Position numbers and translations under genes: made by a program | The notes under the pieces: generated by a model | Database searches by the model: none | Seen by the model: only the letters and a program-made list of their open reading frames with translations | Told to the model about the DNA's origin: nothing | DNA from: Antedon mediterranea | Lineage: Eukaryota; Animalia; Echinodermata | Assembly (NCBI RefSeq): GCF_964355755.1 | Contig: NC_092670.1 | Location: 23,174,795 to 23,238,794, forward strand | Direction of reading: 5' to 3' | Length of the DNA stretch: 64,000 bases | In this document: one piece after another, positions 49,339 to 63,360 of the stretch | Numbering within the stretch: the first letter of the stretch is position 1 | How the letters are laid out: each line of letters opens with the position of its first letter

Positions 49339-52087
49339 ATGGCTATGCGTCTTCTGCTGCTTCTCGTCGGAATTATCTCGTGGGCATCTGCTACACCAAT
49401 AATTGAAGGTACAGTACAGTACTAGCCTATTTGTTAATAACATTTTGAAAGAACATATGGTTGAAGATCCGAAGAGTGATATGGCGTAATGAAGGAATTT
49501 AAAAAGGCAAATTTACACTGACTAACGGTAACGGTAAGCGGAACCGCGAACCTTATCCCACGTAAAATCTCTATCTATCCTGAGCAGAAACCGCCAGTCC
49601 ACTCCACGTTGTGTAAAAATGGTCATAAAGCGTGGTTCCCACTAGAGACGCAACGCAAGGACGTACACGCAACGCAAGCGACCAATAACACGCCACAGTT
49701 CAAATAATTTATCGCTTGTGATTGTTTAAATCACTAAAGCTTGGTTCCCACTAGAACGTAACGCAAGGACGTAAACGCAACGCAAGCGTTTTAACCAATG
49801 ACAAGCGAAGTTATAGACAGTTACCAATCACAAGCGAATAAGCCATCGCTTGTGATTGGTCAATTTACTTGCGTTGCGTTACGTCCTTGCGTTGCGTCGC
49901 TAGTGGGAATCAAGCATTAGGAATAACAAAGATTCTATATTCTCGCCTGTGTAAACTGACATTCGGCCTGGGCACCAAAATGAGTTTTCATTTTATCTTT
50001 TATTTTCTAACCGTTTTCACTTATTTTTCAAAGCACTTGTTTTTTAGCGTTATAAATTAAAAACCATTAACCATTCCAGGTGATTCAAACGAAGTGTTTG
50101 CCAGCTGCACAAACCCATCCGGGAACCGGGTAAACTTTAATGATATATATGATCTCCGACAACAGATCCTCGATTCTCATAACTACTACCGATGCCTCCA
50201 TGGCGTTCCAGTACGTACTATTTCAGTTTAATTTCACCCTAATTTGCATATTTAAGCTAATTTGCATATCGTCGGGATGAGTGACAGAAGTATGATGCTC
50301 AAATTTTGATCTCATCATATGTGACCATTTAAGAAAGAAAAATCTCTGTTTGCAATTTGTTCCACTCAAAATGATAGATTGCCTAGCCTACTATAATAAT
50401 ATATTAACTTTCTTTCACGAATTCGCCTTATACCTAATTCGCAATTTTAATTTTCCCCATCTTTCTGTTACACGTCAATTGTTTTTGCCATCCGGAACCC
50501 AAATAAACAGTCCCATAGAAAAGTTTATAATACACCATGCCAATTGTTTATCGGATTAAAATCTGATAAACTTTTTTGGATTTTTGTTTTCATACAGTCT
50601 CTTACGCTAGATGACACCCTTAATACATACGCCCAAAGTGTTGCTAATGATAATGCAGCCAAAGGCAAACTGGAACACTCTGGCGGACAGTACGGAGAGA
50701 ACCTTTACGCATCATACGGCAAACGGATAACTGGTAGGCCTAAATCAATTATTTATTTTCAAAATTCAATAGACATAGAGAATGGCACGATAGCTTTTAA
50801 TAATTGAATCTAATCTGTTATTTCCATTTTAAATTGGCAAATAAAATTGAATCTTGAATCTTAGTTTTCACAGTCCTATAAAGCTTGGTTTCCACTAGAG
50901 ACAAAGCAACGCAAGTGAGTTTGATCATGGCAAGCGACGTCAGTGTGAATATAAAATCTATCGTCCTTGAATTGCGTTGCGTTCTAGTGGAAACCAAATA
51001 TTAATATTAGGCCTAGGCCTTGATTAGAATGCAATTCACTTTCATAAATAAATTAGCGACAGAAAAATGTTTAAAATTTAAATTTCTTGTTCTAACTATG
51101 CACTTTAATAATATTACTATTGATTTTTTAGGTAAACTTCCAACAAAATCGTGGTACGATGAGATACAATACTATGATTTCAACAATCCCGGATTTTCAA
51201 AAGAAACAGGTAAAGTCTAGCACTGCAAAAGTTTTCACACACATTTACTAAGTGGGTAGAACAGATTTAAGGTGATCCGATTTCCGAGTTAAAACCGACC
51301 TCAAGTATAAAGTAGGCCTACTCGTATGATCGGTTAAACTCTTATCCCTTGGCTTGTATTAGTTCACTTTAATACTGTGGTAGTGGGCCTATATCCGATA
51401 TAACTCCGATAGCTTTTAGTAATAATATCCGATATATCCGATAGCTTTCAGTGATATATCCGATATAACTCCGATAGTTTTCAGTGATATATCCGATATA
51501 ACTCAAAAAGTTTTCAGTGATATATCAGATAGAACTCCGATATAGCTTTCAATGATATATATTCGATATAACTCCTATAGGTTTCAGTGATATCCGATAT
51601 AACTCCGATAGCTTTCAGTGATAGGCCCTATATCCGATATAACTCCGATAACTTTCAGTAAGATATCCGATATAACTCTGATAGCTTCCATTGATATATC
51701 CGATATAACACCGATAGCTGTCAGTGATATATCCAATATAACTCCGATAGCTCTTAGTGATATATCCGATATAACTCCGATAGCTTTCAGTGATATAAAC
51801 CGATGTAACGCCGGTGACAATTTTGAAGTCCTTTGTGGCGCTTTAGAATCATGATCAGTCGTAATAGGGATGACTTCGTTTAATGATTTACCAGATATAA
51901 AAGTATTATTGTTTTGTATTTCATAGGTCATTTTACACAGGTTGTATGGATGGACAGTAACAAACTTGGATGTGGGTATAAACAGGATTCAGCACAACAA
52001 TGGGAGTATATCGCCTGCAGTTATGATCCACCCGGTAACTATAATGGCGCCAGAAACTACAAGAAGAATGTGCCTGAGCCAGTATAA
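49339..52087 (+). CDS. Secreted CAP/SCP (GAPR-1/PR-1-like) domain protein, ~191 aa, 5 coding exons
   Basis: Exons 49339-49408, 50080-50210, 50598-50733, 51132-51209 and 51927-52087, phases consistent. Signal peptide MAMRLLLLLVGIISWASA; CAP motifs HNYYRCLHG, EHS..YGENL, SWYDE..YDF, GHFTQVVW, LGCG, CSYDPPGN. Confidence 0.92.
51390..51800. repeat. ~31-bp intronic minisatellite
   Basis: About 13 copies of GATATATCCGATATAACTCCGATAGCTTTCAGT in CAP intron 4. Confidence 0.9.
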
Positions 52088-53567
52088 AAATGCTAAAAGA
52101 AACTTGCCAAAAGGCGCGACCGATAGTATGTCGAAGCAATGTAAAATTAGCTTAATATGTTATACATTAAAATATATTATGCATCAACATTAAGTGCCAG
52201 AGTGTTTTTTCTTGTCTATTGTAAATTCTCAAAAACTTAAAACGTTAAAGCGTTATCACTTTTGGTAAACTCCGCCGATGATGAAGGTTAAACGCGATAA
52301 TGACGTAATATCTGTTGTGTTTACAATGTTTGTTGTAACACCATATTTTGGATGTGAAGCCGAATCGACTCAGACATACATAATACACCATGTGGTTACA
52401 GATCCAACGGCGAAAGAGATCTGTCGCACTATGTTGGGAAAAACAAGGCATAACAACCTCTGTGTGACGTGTTTACCGCGAAACTTAAAATACACGTGAG
52501 TTATAGTCGGTCTCAGATGCACTTTTTCAAGTTTTCCGACCCAAAAATATAGCATTTAGAGTGCAAAAAAGCATTCTGTTATTTACCGGTAGTATTATAG
52601 AAATGTATATTTTGATGAAATAAAAAAACAGTATACTTACGGTTTACAGTCGCTATCATCTAGACTTGCTCCAAGTCTGTATTTATAATATTGTCTGTTT
52701 TATGTCATTCCACACGTCGTCGTTTTGATTTTTGTCTGAAAATCCAAACTCAAGTAATACACGTATGAAACGCCATATGTGCAAAAATATTCATATTTTT
52801 ACTAATATTAAGACAAAAATCCGTCCGTCCCAGACTAGCTATCATCATGAGAATAAAAGGACTGGATGGAATGTAGAAAGTCCAGATTATGTCGATGACG
52901 GCGCTATTGACAGTTAAGGCCCCGATGTCAAAATATCTAGCTTGCAAGCAGGATCTAGCTTTCTCAGAATTTTAGAAAAAGTCTTGGGATGCAGGGGAGT
53001 TGATATGGCCACATGATGAGCTTAACTTTAAGGGTTTAATTAGGCAATATTGACTACAAATACGGTACTTTTGTTGCAGATAATTGAATCTTTAATACCA
53101 TCACCGTTGAAACATGGAGGTATATTTTATACCTCCATGGTTGAAATAAGTTTAAAATCCGAGAGCCAGTCTCAGAGTAAAAGTAAACCAAAAGAATACC
53201 ACAGGTCAGCCTGCGTTTTAAAATATGGAGGAATTCCAGCGTGTACATCCGTTATCCATCTTTCATTATTAAATTTATCTTATTTGATATATTTTAAGTA
53301 TTATAACAAGGTGTTTACAGTTATTCTGTTAAGTTCTTACTTCTTACTGTTAATTAATACATAACTTTTCTTATTATAAATAAGGCCTGTCACATAATAA
53401 TAGCAAAGCCAAGTAAAAGGGCCTATTAGCATATTGGCATAAAACCATTATTTTTCTTTATGCACTTTGAAAACGCCAGCAGTTATATATTTTAGACTTA
53501 CTATCTAATATATATATATATATAATATCCCACAAAAATGAAAACAATGACATAAAAGTCAATGTTC

Positions 53568-56500
53568 TTAATAAATAAATCCAGTGTTCGGGTCGACAAT
53601 TTTATCCTTGCAATATCCGCTGTACGGTGCGTAATCTAAGTTAAATTCCTCAGAGGTTGGCTCGAATCCTTCTGGTCCTGCCTTGGTGCATCGGAACTTG
53701 AATTCCCCGGCATGCTTGCGGCATCTGTGTGTGATACAAAGATTGTCGTTATACTGTATTACATTTCATTATATTTTACTTTTATTTCGGATAAGTACGT
53801 CCATATAGTTACAAAATCAATTGAACCACATTAGAGTTGAAAGTTGAAATATAAAAGGCAAACACACACAAAAAAGGACACTGGTCTTAGGATCTCCGTC
53901 ATTTTTTTGCGGAGCCTGGATGATTTAAAATACCATAATACATTCTTTCATTTCATTTTCGCTAGCATAAATTTTCTGTAACAATGAAACGACAGATTTT
54001 CTCCAAAAGACAGGCCCCCATTATTAACAAACATGTCACTAGCACTGCAGTGTCTAGGCAATCTTAAAAATAATCGAGCATTGCTGTAACATACCCTTAA
54101 ATGCATTTTGAGTGTGTTTACACCACAGAGAAGAGCAATACATACTCATGCAATAAGATTTGAACAGCAAGCATTTTCACCAACAGAGCATTTGCTTACG
54201 TGCTAGTGTATTGGCTCGAATACGTAAAGATCTGTATTGACGTTAATGCTATCATCATCCCTAAGATTATTAAATTTGGATTTATTTCTATTTATTTACC
54301 TTTGTTGTGGTCTATCTAAAATAAAAGTCAATATGGCGTGCGTATGTAAAACATTGTCGATTATGGTGTTGCTTGGTTAATTTCCTGTCAGGTATAACAG
54401 GTATTTCAATGATATAGTTCTCACTGCACGGAATTGGGGAACCGGGGGCATCTCGGCTCATTTTATCCCAGAGTTTCTCACTTTACTGCTTTACTTGCTT
54501 GTTTACTTGTTTCCCGTACACTTTCGTCTACGGGATCGAGGCGAAGCACTCAGTGCTTAAAAGCCCCTCTTAGCAATAAAATCATATTCTATATAGGGTG
54601 AAAACTTCAGCGGGTGGTTGGACCATGCGACGTTAAGTTTTGCTTTGAACAAGTTCACCGTAGCACATGAAACTACATCCGTAGGCAAAGCATTCCTTAA
54701 GCGTGGTTCCCACTAGCGACGCAACGCAAGGACGTAACCCAACGCAAGTGAATTGACCAATCAGAAGCGATGGCTTATTCGCTTGTGATTGCTAACTGTC
54801 TATAACTTCGCTTGTCATTGGTTAAAACGCTTGCGTTGCGTTAACGTCCTTGCGTTACGTTCTAGTGGGAACCAAGCTTTAGAGAGAATAGGAGAACGTG
54901 TCCCTCCTAATATTAAGACGAGAGCTTTTAAACTTGAGTTTATATGGGTGTCCACGGGTCCGAGATTCTAGATCAAATTCAAAAAATGTGTTGATCGAAA
55001 TACAATCGAAACCTTTTACAATCCTAAAAACTTGGATAATATCTGCTCTCTGCCTTCGATATCTCATGCAATTAACATTATGTTACGTATCTCTACACTG
55101 TAAAAATAGTGTAGATCTTGAACATCTATTTTGTACCCACGTTTTCTACACATGTTTAGCGTGTTTAATAATACCTAAACGTGTTTATAGCTACAGTTTG
55201 TTTTCCTCCAGTCGTTCAGCAGTCAACATGTCACTATTATGTTCAGTCAACATGTTTAGGTACGTGTTTAGCGTTGCGTGCATATTATCATATCTAAACA
55301 TGTTTAAGCCTAAATGTATGGGAAAAGCGGATACAAAATACAATTGTTTGAGATCTAAACACTATTTTTACAGTGTTATAATAATACCTCAGTTATTATC
55401 ATCCATCTTACTTACCTACAATAATCGTCAAGCCCGTCCCCATTCATGTCACGCATAAAACCAGTTCTCTTTTTTCCTATGTTAAACCCTGCATTCCCTG
55501 GATCAGGACTCGTATATTCAGAGCCATCTGAATTCACACATGATATAAACCATCTCGTTGTTTTCATTAATCTATTTAAAAATAAACACTTTTTTGCAGT
55601 TTGTATTTGCCGTGCTTGTTAAAATAAATAAAATTGAATCACCTTTGTCAAAGAACAACAATAACAAATCGGTTTCGTTTACGTATAAGATGTTTAGTTT
55701 AATAAATATTCAAATTGAAATCTGAGCAAAAACCAAGGGAACTTTGGCCCTAAGTTTGTATCAATTTATCTTACCTGCAGAAGCTGTTGGCCATACCATC
55801 ACCATCCACATCAGCCCATGCAACCATACGACCAAATTGTCCAAGGCCTGCATTTTCTATTTCGGCGTAGTTTCGTAGATTAACTAATAACAATAAAAAA
55901 TCATTCAAATGTTATTTGGGGTTTTAAAAATCACTGCATATTTAAAGCTCAGGTACAGGCATGAATTTTAAATATAATATCTGGTTAATTGTACATAAAT
56001 CTAATATTTGTAACAGAAATCAAGACGAAAAAACATGAATTTCCCTTAATATGGTCAAATACAAAATTTGGCAAAATTCTGTCATAAAAATAAGGAAGAC
56101 TTTTTTTCAGTAGTTTAACCTGATGTAATAACATGTCTGGTGACTCCTTAAAGGGTGAAAAAGATGGTGGATATATGGTGGATAATTTTTGCTATAGCAT
56201 GAAAATAAAAATCTGAAGTTGAATAAAAGTACCATAAATGTAAAATTCAAGTTATATTACCTATATTTAGTCATCTGATAAAATTTTTTACCAAACCATT
56301 TATTTAATATAGCTTTTTAAAATGCCTCTCTATTTGCAAAATTTGTGTACAAAAGACTAAAGATTTTACTGTGTAAGTTGAACTTTCCCCCCACTGATAA
56401 GAAAGTGCTTATTTTCAACAAGCTTGTGTAACACAAATAAAATCCCAAAAATTATTCAGTATTCAGTACGGAGATATGGAGAGGCATGGTCATCATAGAC

Positions 56501-59500
56501 GTTGATATTGTTGCGTCAATTCAAAATGAATTATGAAAGGTACTAGCTGTTTAAAAACGCCGCAGTGTAGCTAGTTGATGGGGGTTAACATTATACAGAA
56601 TAACGTAATTCAAAAATAAGGTGGTGCAACTGGTTTTTTTTTAAACTATAGCACCTTAACTAAAACAGAAGACGCTAAACTATCGGTAAAGAAAAAATAT
56701 CGATAAAGAATATGAAAATGTTTGTTATAATACAATTTAAAACTATAAATGGAGGTACATTGTTGAATGTTTACAGATATATTATGTCCCTCTTATTATA
56801 TATTATGAATGTAAATATTTTTAGTAGGCCTACAAGAAATATTATTGTATTGTACTGGTAACTGACCTGAAGACTGATCTGACCATGGATTAATCCATGA
56901 TCTGACTTGAAACTATAAATGGGGGTACATTGTTGATTGTTTACAGATATATTATGTCCCTCTTATTATAATTATGAATGTAAATATTTTGAGTAGGCCT
57001 ACAAGAAATGTTATTGAATTGTAGTACTGGTAACTGACCTGAAGACGCAGGACATTCAGTGGTTGTTATTGTCTCCGTCGTGAACAGCTCTGTTGTTGAT
57101 GGTGGTGGGGGTGCTGTTGTTGATGGTGGTGGAGGTGCCGTTGTCGATGGTGGTGGAGGGGCCGTCGTTGGTGGTGGTGGACGGGCCGTCGTCGGTGGTG
57201 GTGGAGGGGCCGTCGTTGGTGGTGGTGGAGGGGCCGTCGTTGGTGGTGGTGGAGGTGCCGTCGTCGGTGGTGGTGGAGGGGCCGTCGTTGGTGGTGGTGG
57301 AGGGGCCGTTGTTGGTGGTGGTGGTGGTGGAGGGGCCGTCGTTGGTGGTGGTGGGGGTGGCGTTGATGCAAATGCGTATGTAGCATGATATCCTTTGCGG
57401 GTTTCTGAATAATCTGACCTAAAGTTGATAACTAACTGGCCATCATCATCGATAATTTGCCCTGGGCTATTTGTACCGCAATATCTAAAAGTGTAAGTGA
57501 GCAGTTTAATTGTTATTCGACCAATTTGGCCTAAACATGTTTGCCGTATACACAGGTGTGTCTTTGACTTCACCCTTCTTTGTTCATCTGGAACAATAAT
57601 ATTTACATTATATGAATCTGTTGGCACTTCACGACATTATTATTATCATTTTGATTATATCAACAACATCATCATATGTTTAACTATTGTTTGGAAATTT
57701 CCGCAACTGATCGTGTATCTAAAATGTTCTTACTATAGATATATACGCCTACGTACAGTACTTTGTAAATATTTAAAAAAAGTTTAGGCCTACTTACTCG
57801 GCAGTATGGATGTATAGGTTTTCATCCTGTACACGCAAATAATCCCAGTAACAGTTCTGATTCGAATGTGGGTTTTCTAGTTGAAAATCATCAAAGTTGA
57901 TTGTAAGTTCACTGTTTCCCTGTATACAAATAAAGTAAATGGTTACTTAAAAAATCAGAATTTCAAAAATCCACAAACGACATGTTAAAGGTCACTGATT
58001 TGTTTTAGAATTAACAAGATTAAAGCGTGGCAACGCAACACAGCGACGTATCCATCCACCCAAGGTGCTGCATTGCATAATCACAAGTGGTATAGTAGCC
58101 TAACCGACGACGCAACCGACAGTGTGCTGCAAACATCGCAGGTTTGATTTCACGCAGCCAGGCGGGGGAAAACAAAATTATTGGAATGGTATTTTGTTAT
58201 GTTGCGTGGTCGACGCAACGTAACGCAATCTACGCAACGTAAGAAAATGCCCTTCCAATCATTGTGTTTGCACCCGCCTGCGTGAAATCAAACCTGCGAT
58301 GTTTGCAGCACACTGTTGCGTCGTCGGTTTCCACTTGTGATTACGCAATACAGCACTTTGTTAACAATAATCGGCGATCTTCTACGTAAACATTGAAATG
58401 TTAACGATTTACAGGAAAAGGTAATCGCTATCGTTATCATTTCAACTTGATCGTTTTCAAACGATCGTCGTTGAACTTTTAACGATCAACGACGATAGCG
58501 TCTACTAACGTCGACAGGAAAACAGGCTTAAGAGACTGTAAATAGTATCGGTAAATAGTATCGTTAAATAAGTTGACTAACATTAAAATATACAATACAA
58601 TCTTCGTTGATAGGGTAGGCGGCTGGATAGTTTGTAGAAAATATTTCTCCAGAACCGGAATCCACTTCGTTTATGATGTATGAGCAGGTTTCTATGTGAA
58701 AGGGAAACACGTTATCAAAAACTATATTCAATGCGTAATTATTGTAGACTGATGCGGCGTAACAAATACTTTGAATTGTCTTTTAAATACAAGGATAATG
58801 TTTAAACATTAATTAATCATAAGTAAATAACTCGAGCATGCGTATTAATTATTTATGTCTACTTTTTCTGAATTCCTATGTATTTCCAAGTTCGATTATA
58901 AAAATTGGGATATGTGCCCAAATATGGTAGTGATATAACATCATCATGTCCATTATATAGGCACACACATTTTTTTGTCACATAAAGTTTGATAGTGTAA
59001 ACATAACTATTGTAGTCTTACATATAAGAACGTAATTAAAGACAAAATGTTAAACTTTTTTTTACCAACAGGTTGTTCAGTTTCACAGGAAGAACCAGTA
59101 TATTCCGGCGGACACCAACACGTGCAGTATTTACCCAAGTATCCACCATTTTGACAAGGATTTACTGTATGACTACATTCAGCTAACCATTTATCTGTTA
59201 TTGTATTGTCCCCAAAAGATGAAAAATAAAGATATAAAAACGATTTGAAAAGGCCATAATTGTAGTTTTAATAACGTTAAAATGACTACAAATGTACTGT
59301 GTTGTGTGAAGGAGGTGCTTGGTTGTACCATGGAGGATACCATGGTTGTACAAAAATAAGAAAAACAACGTTGACTAATCGAAAAAAACAAAAAAACAAA
59401 AAATTGTAAGGCTTTTCATACAGTTACAGGTTTATAACATTATAGAAACAAATGTAGTCTAATTTATTATAGGAAAACAAATAAAAACTATATTTATGCC

Positions 59501-62433
59501 TCTTACCGTCACAAGCATACGCCACATTAGCCAGCTTAATGTCATAGAACGATAACGAATTACGTGAGCCTATGGAATTTTGTAGTAGCGGATCCTTTGT
59601 CGTTATTGTTGGAAGATCGTTCATTGTAAAGTACTATATAGAAAAGATATGTTATCTTAGGTATATCACTGGTAGACACCAGGTTTGATAGACTTGGTTG
59701 AAAAAAAATTAATGAGGCAGTTGCATGATTACATAATTAATATCAAAGTTATACTAAAACGATATTAAGTAGTGACGTCACAGTTCATAATTATTCTAAA
59801 AAAATATGAATTAAAAAAAATTAAAAAAATTAATTTTTAATAATATAATGAATAAATAGTGGTTAACGCCACAAAAGAAAAAAAGAAATTTTCTAAAAAA
59901 TATAATACTTACATATTTCCCGTAATGCATCACTGATGTGACGTCATACGGAATACCCATAGAGTCAATATGATTAGATTTGTCAAAGTTGTATTCTTTA
60001 TCATCCTCAATGTTTTCCAAAAGAATGTTGACATAATTGTCTCGGTCTGGTCGTGACTGTTCGTGGAAAAATCCAATTGCATGTCCAATTTCATGGGCCA
60101 CGGTTCCAAGCTATATAACATGAATTTGATTATTTTCTTTATTAGCCATAAATAAATAAAAAAACACAATATGAGAAGACCAGGAATAACCCCAGCTTAA
60201 AATAAACCTTTAACTCACGGGCCAACAATTAACGAGTACGGTTAAGCGTGGTTCCCAATAGAACGCAACGCAGCGACGTATTGGCGCAAAGTGCTGCGTA
60301 ATCACAGGTGGGAACCGACGACGATTTATTGCTGCAAACATCGCAGGTTTGATTTCACGCAGGCGGAGGCAAACACAATTATTAGAAGGGCATTTTCTTA
60401 AGTTGCGTAGATTGCGTTACGTTGCGTCGCCAGTGGGAACCACGCTTGAAAGGGCATTATCTTACGTTGCGTAGATTGCGTTACGTTGCGTCGCTAGTGG
60501 GAACCACGCTTCGGTGTTTATAGGATAGATTTACGTAATTCAAAGTGGTAAAACTATATATAATATGTATTAATTTTAAAGACAAAACTCCCACTAGAAC
60601 GTAACGCAGCGACGTATCGACGCTCAGTGTTGTATTGCGTAATCAAAAGTGGGAACCGACGACGCATAAAGCGTGGTTCCCACTAGCGATGCAACGCAAA
60701 GACGTAACGCAACGCAAGTGAATTGACCAATCACAAGCGATGGCTTATTCGCTTTTGATTGCTAACTGTCTATAACTTCGCTTGTCATTGGTTAAAACGC
60801 TTGCGTTGCGTTTACGTCCTTGCATTACGTTCTAGTGGGAACCAAGCTCTAGTGCTGCAAATCTTGCAGGTTTGATGTCACGCTGGCGGAAGAAAACACA
60901 ATTATTAGAAGGGCATTTGCTTATGTTGCGTAGATTGCGTTACGTTGCGTCGCTAGTGGCAACCAAGCTTTAGGCGAATTTACGGTGGATATCGTTCACA
61001 CAAGAATAAAGTTCTATACAAGTGGGCGGAGAAATAATTTGAACTTATATAAAACTTACAAGCTACAACTTTAATAACTTACACTAGTACAGCCGCTGCC
61101 GATAGACACGTTCTGCGAGCCACCTTGCCTTCCAATCCATGACCAGCATCTATGAATAGACATTCCGGTATATCATCTTATAATCAAAATTGCGAGCTAT
61201 TTAAACATGTATTTATAAAACGACCCTGTGGTTAAGTGTTACACAAATAAATTTACTTTATTTTACGTCTTTACGTTTACTGTATAAAAAGCTTGGTTCC
61301 CATTAGGCCGTAACGCAAGGAAGTAAACGCAATGCAAGCGTGTTGACCAATGACAAGCGACAGTTTGAATAATTCATCGCGTGTGATTGGTCAACTACCT
61401 TACGTTGTGTTACGTCCTTGTGTTGCGTCTCTAGTGGGAACCAAGCATTAGGAACTGAGCGCGCGAAATACATATTTCAGCTCATATTGAAGATACAGAT
61501 AACTCAAGATATAATACGTTTTTGTGAAGTCATCAATTTTCTTGAAAATCAATAGGCATGTTCTATAAGTTATTACCCAAAAATGCAAGACGATAGCTTA
61601 AACATTGCGAACGCTACCATACGTACAAACAAACAAGAAATAAATATGTTTCGTAGGTCTCCTCCTACACGACACTCTCGGAAAGAGTGTAGATGCTGTC
61701 TCTCCCACCCCAAGTAATTTTAGTGTTGATACCTACCCACCAGCCTTTATAAATTGAAGTCTGTCACCAGTATTTCTTTCGTCAAATGTCATACAGGTAT
61801 GTTCTTGCCAATGGTTAATTCCTGCAAGAATTGCGTCTCGGTCTCCCTCTTAAAATAAAAAATAAATCGTATTTTATTTTATAACCCTTATTATGGGCTA
61901 AGCATATAGTTTAGTTACTAACAATCATACACCATTATCTTTTTAAAACCATGTCAATAGTCTCATGAAATTAGATAGTATATCACTGAGAAAATATGCC
62001 TTAATATATTAGTTAAAGTCTCTCTATTTAAAGATGTATTGTTCCACAGAAAAAATTATTATTATTTTTTTTTAATATGTCATTTTAATGTCACATAATA
62101 GTGAATCCACTTTGACTAAAAATGAGATCAAACAAAAATTTATTTACCTGAAAAAACTGTAATTTAAAGCAAAAAATAGTCAAATTGGCTGCCAGCCAAT
62201 GGATTTTTGGTGGTTGAATTTAATCATTTATTTTGTCATTTTATAAGGGAAAACATTATTTGTTTTCATTTTTTTTCCTACGGAAGTGATTTAGGCTTTT
62301 GTTCACCTAACCTTTGAGCTCTCCGTAGATATCATGAAATACACTGTAGTGTGGTGCACAGAGTGGTACAGAGCTATAACCAACAAAAATAGGAACGTTT
62401 CGTACATGCTTCTCCAAAAGGTAGAGGACATAA

Positions 62434-62486
<53 letters not shown>

Positions 62487-63308
62487 CAAAATACCGAAAG
62501 GAGGAGGGCAGAAAACCAAGGAACAAGTTCCTATTACCTAAAAAGTGTTGGCCCTAAATGCTATATTTCCAGGCATTTAAAGACCTGCGCGCGCATTAAT
62601 GCCAATTTACACAAACGAGCGGTAAAACAGCGTAGCTTGCATTTACACGTAGAATCTGTATCTTTCTGAGCGGAAACCGTTTGTCCACTCCGCGATAACA
62701 GATTATATATTACTCAACTGTGGACGGCGGCCTAGGCTATGATCAACGTTAAATATAGGCTTACTTACGAGATGAAGATGAGATCTGGAATGGGACTAGG
62801 ACATCTCCATCACTTAGATGTGGCCATCGTCTGAATGCGCTATCAATTATTTTTCTTTTAGCCAATTCTGGATTTTGTTTGTACTGTTCTAATTGATCAT
62901 GCGTTAGTTTTATATCACTTTCAATGGTGCCTTCGGACTCTTCCTCTTCGGGTGGCTCGGCATGGTTGTGGTGCTTAGGTACCTGAAACATATAATTTTC
63001 TTGTAGAAAGTTATGGTCGATTTTAAACGAAATGCACTTGAAGGTGATAGGCCTACGCCATTGAAGGGCCGGGCACTATTTCACATACGTCCAACGTGTT
63101 GATTGATGCAACCGGACAAAACAATATCGCTACTCGGACGATCAAGGCAATTATAGTTTGAGCAATTATATGGGAATCAAGCATTAAGTCAGAGGAAGTC
63201 CGCCGTGGCCAGGATTGATTAAATGTATCTTACCTGTTTAGGTGGCCTAGCATCGCTAAAGTTGATAACAAACAGTGTTAGGAGCAGCAAACAGAATATC
63301 TTCGACAT
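53568..63308 (-). CDS. Astacin metalloprotease (SpAN/BP10-like): signal peptide, prodomain, astacin, EGF, CUB, Pro/Thr linker, FG-GAP-like C-terminal domain; ~673 aa, 13 exons
   Basis: Exons 63308-63234, 62982-62769, 61848-61737, 61149-61083, 60110-59913, 59633-59507, 59194-59066, 58691-58582, 57919-57798, 57484-57039, 55883-55775, 55571-55416 and 53724-53568, all GT-AG and in phase. Motifs: [36 protein letters not shown] (Met-turn), [35 protein letters not shown]. Confidence 0.9.
54485..55070 (-). mobile_element. 3' fragment of the CR1-like LINE family, interrupted by a MITE
   Basis: Homologous to ~37995-38390 ([19 protein letters not shown]) with a short AAGTAA-type repeat tail; the MITE at 54700-54878 is inserted with a TTA TSD. 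Confidence 0.85.
57085..57360 (-). repeat. Coding 21-bp minisatellite encoding (PPPPTTA)n
   Basis: About 12 repeats of CCTCCACCACCAACGACGGCC in astacin exon 10, directly after the CUB domain. Confidence 0.9.
62440..62482. repeat. (AT)n microsatellite
   Basis: About 21 AT dinucleotides. Confidence 0.95.
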
Positions 63309-63360
63309 GTTGAACTCACGGTTGTGGATTTCTACACTGGTCTGGTATAGAGTATAGGGC

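Larger units (their letters stand above)
48246..61450. mobile_element. Dispersed PIF/Harbinger (Tourist-like) MITE family, ~10 copies of 120-200 bp
   Basis: TIR AGC(G/T)TGGTTCCCACTAG / CTAGTGGGAACCAAGCT at ~48246-48443, ~49629-49918 (nested pair), ~50882-51000, 54700-54878 (clean TTA duplication), ~58023-58340, ~60245-60511, ~60590-60970 (with nested 60670-60848) and ~61290-61447. Confidence 0.85.

Noticed and set aside
51584-51931. ORFs with ISDITPIA repeats
   Set aside because: They translate an intronic 31-bp minisatellite whose unit length is not a multiple of three.
54898-55458. 186-aa plus-strand ORF
   Set aside because: It is antisense to a LINE fragment and an astacin exon, crosses repeat boundaries and has no motifs.
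57059-57388. Gly/Val-rich and His-rich ORFs
   Set aside because: These are alternative frames or the antisense of the astacin Pro/Thr coding repeat.
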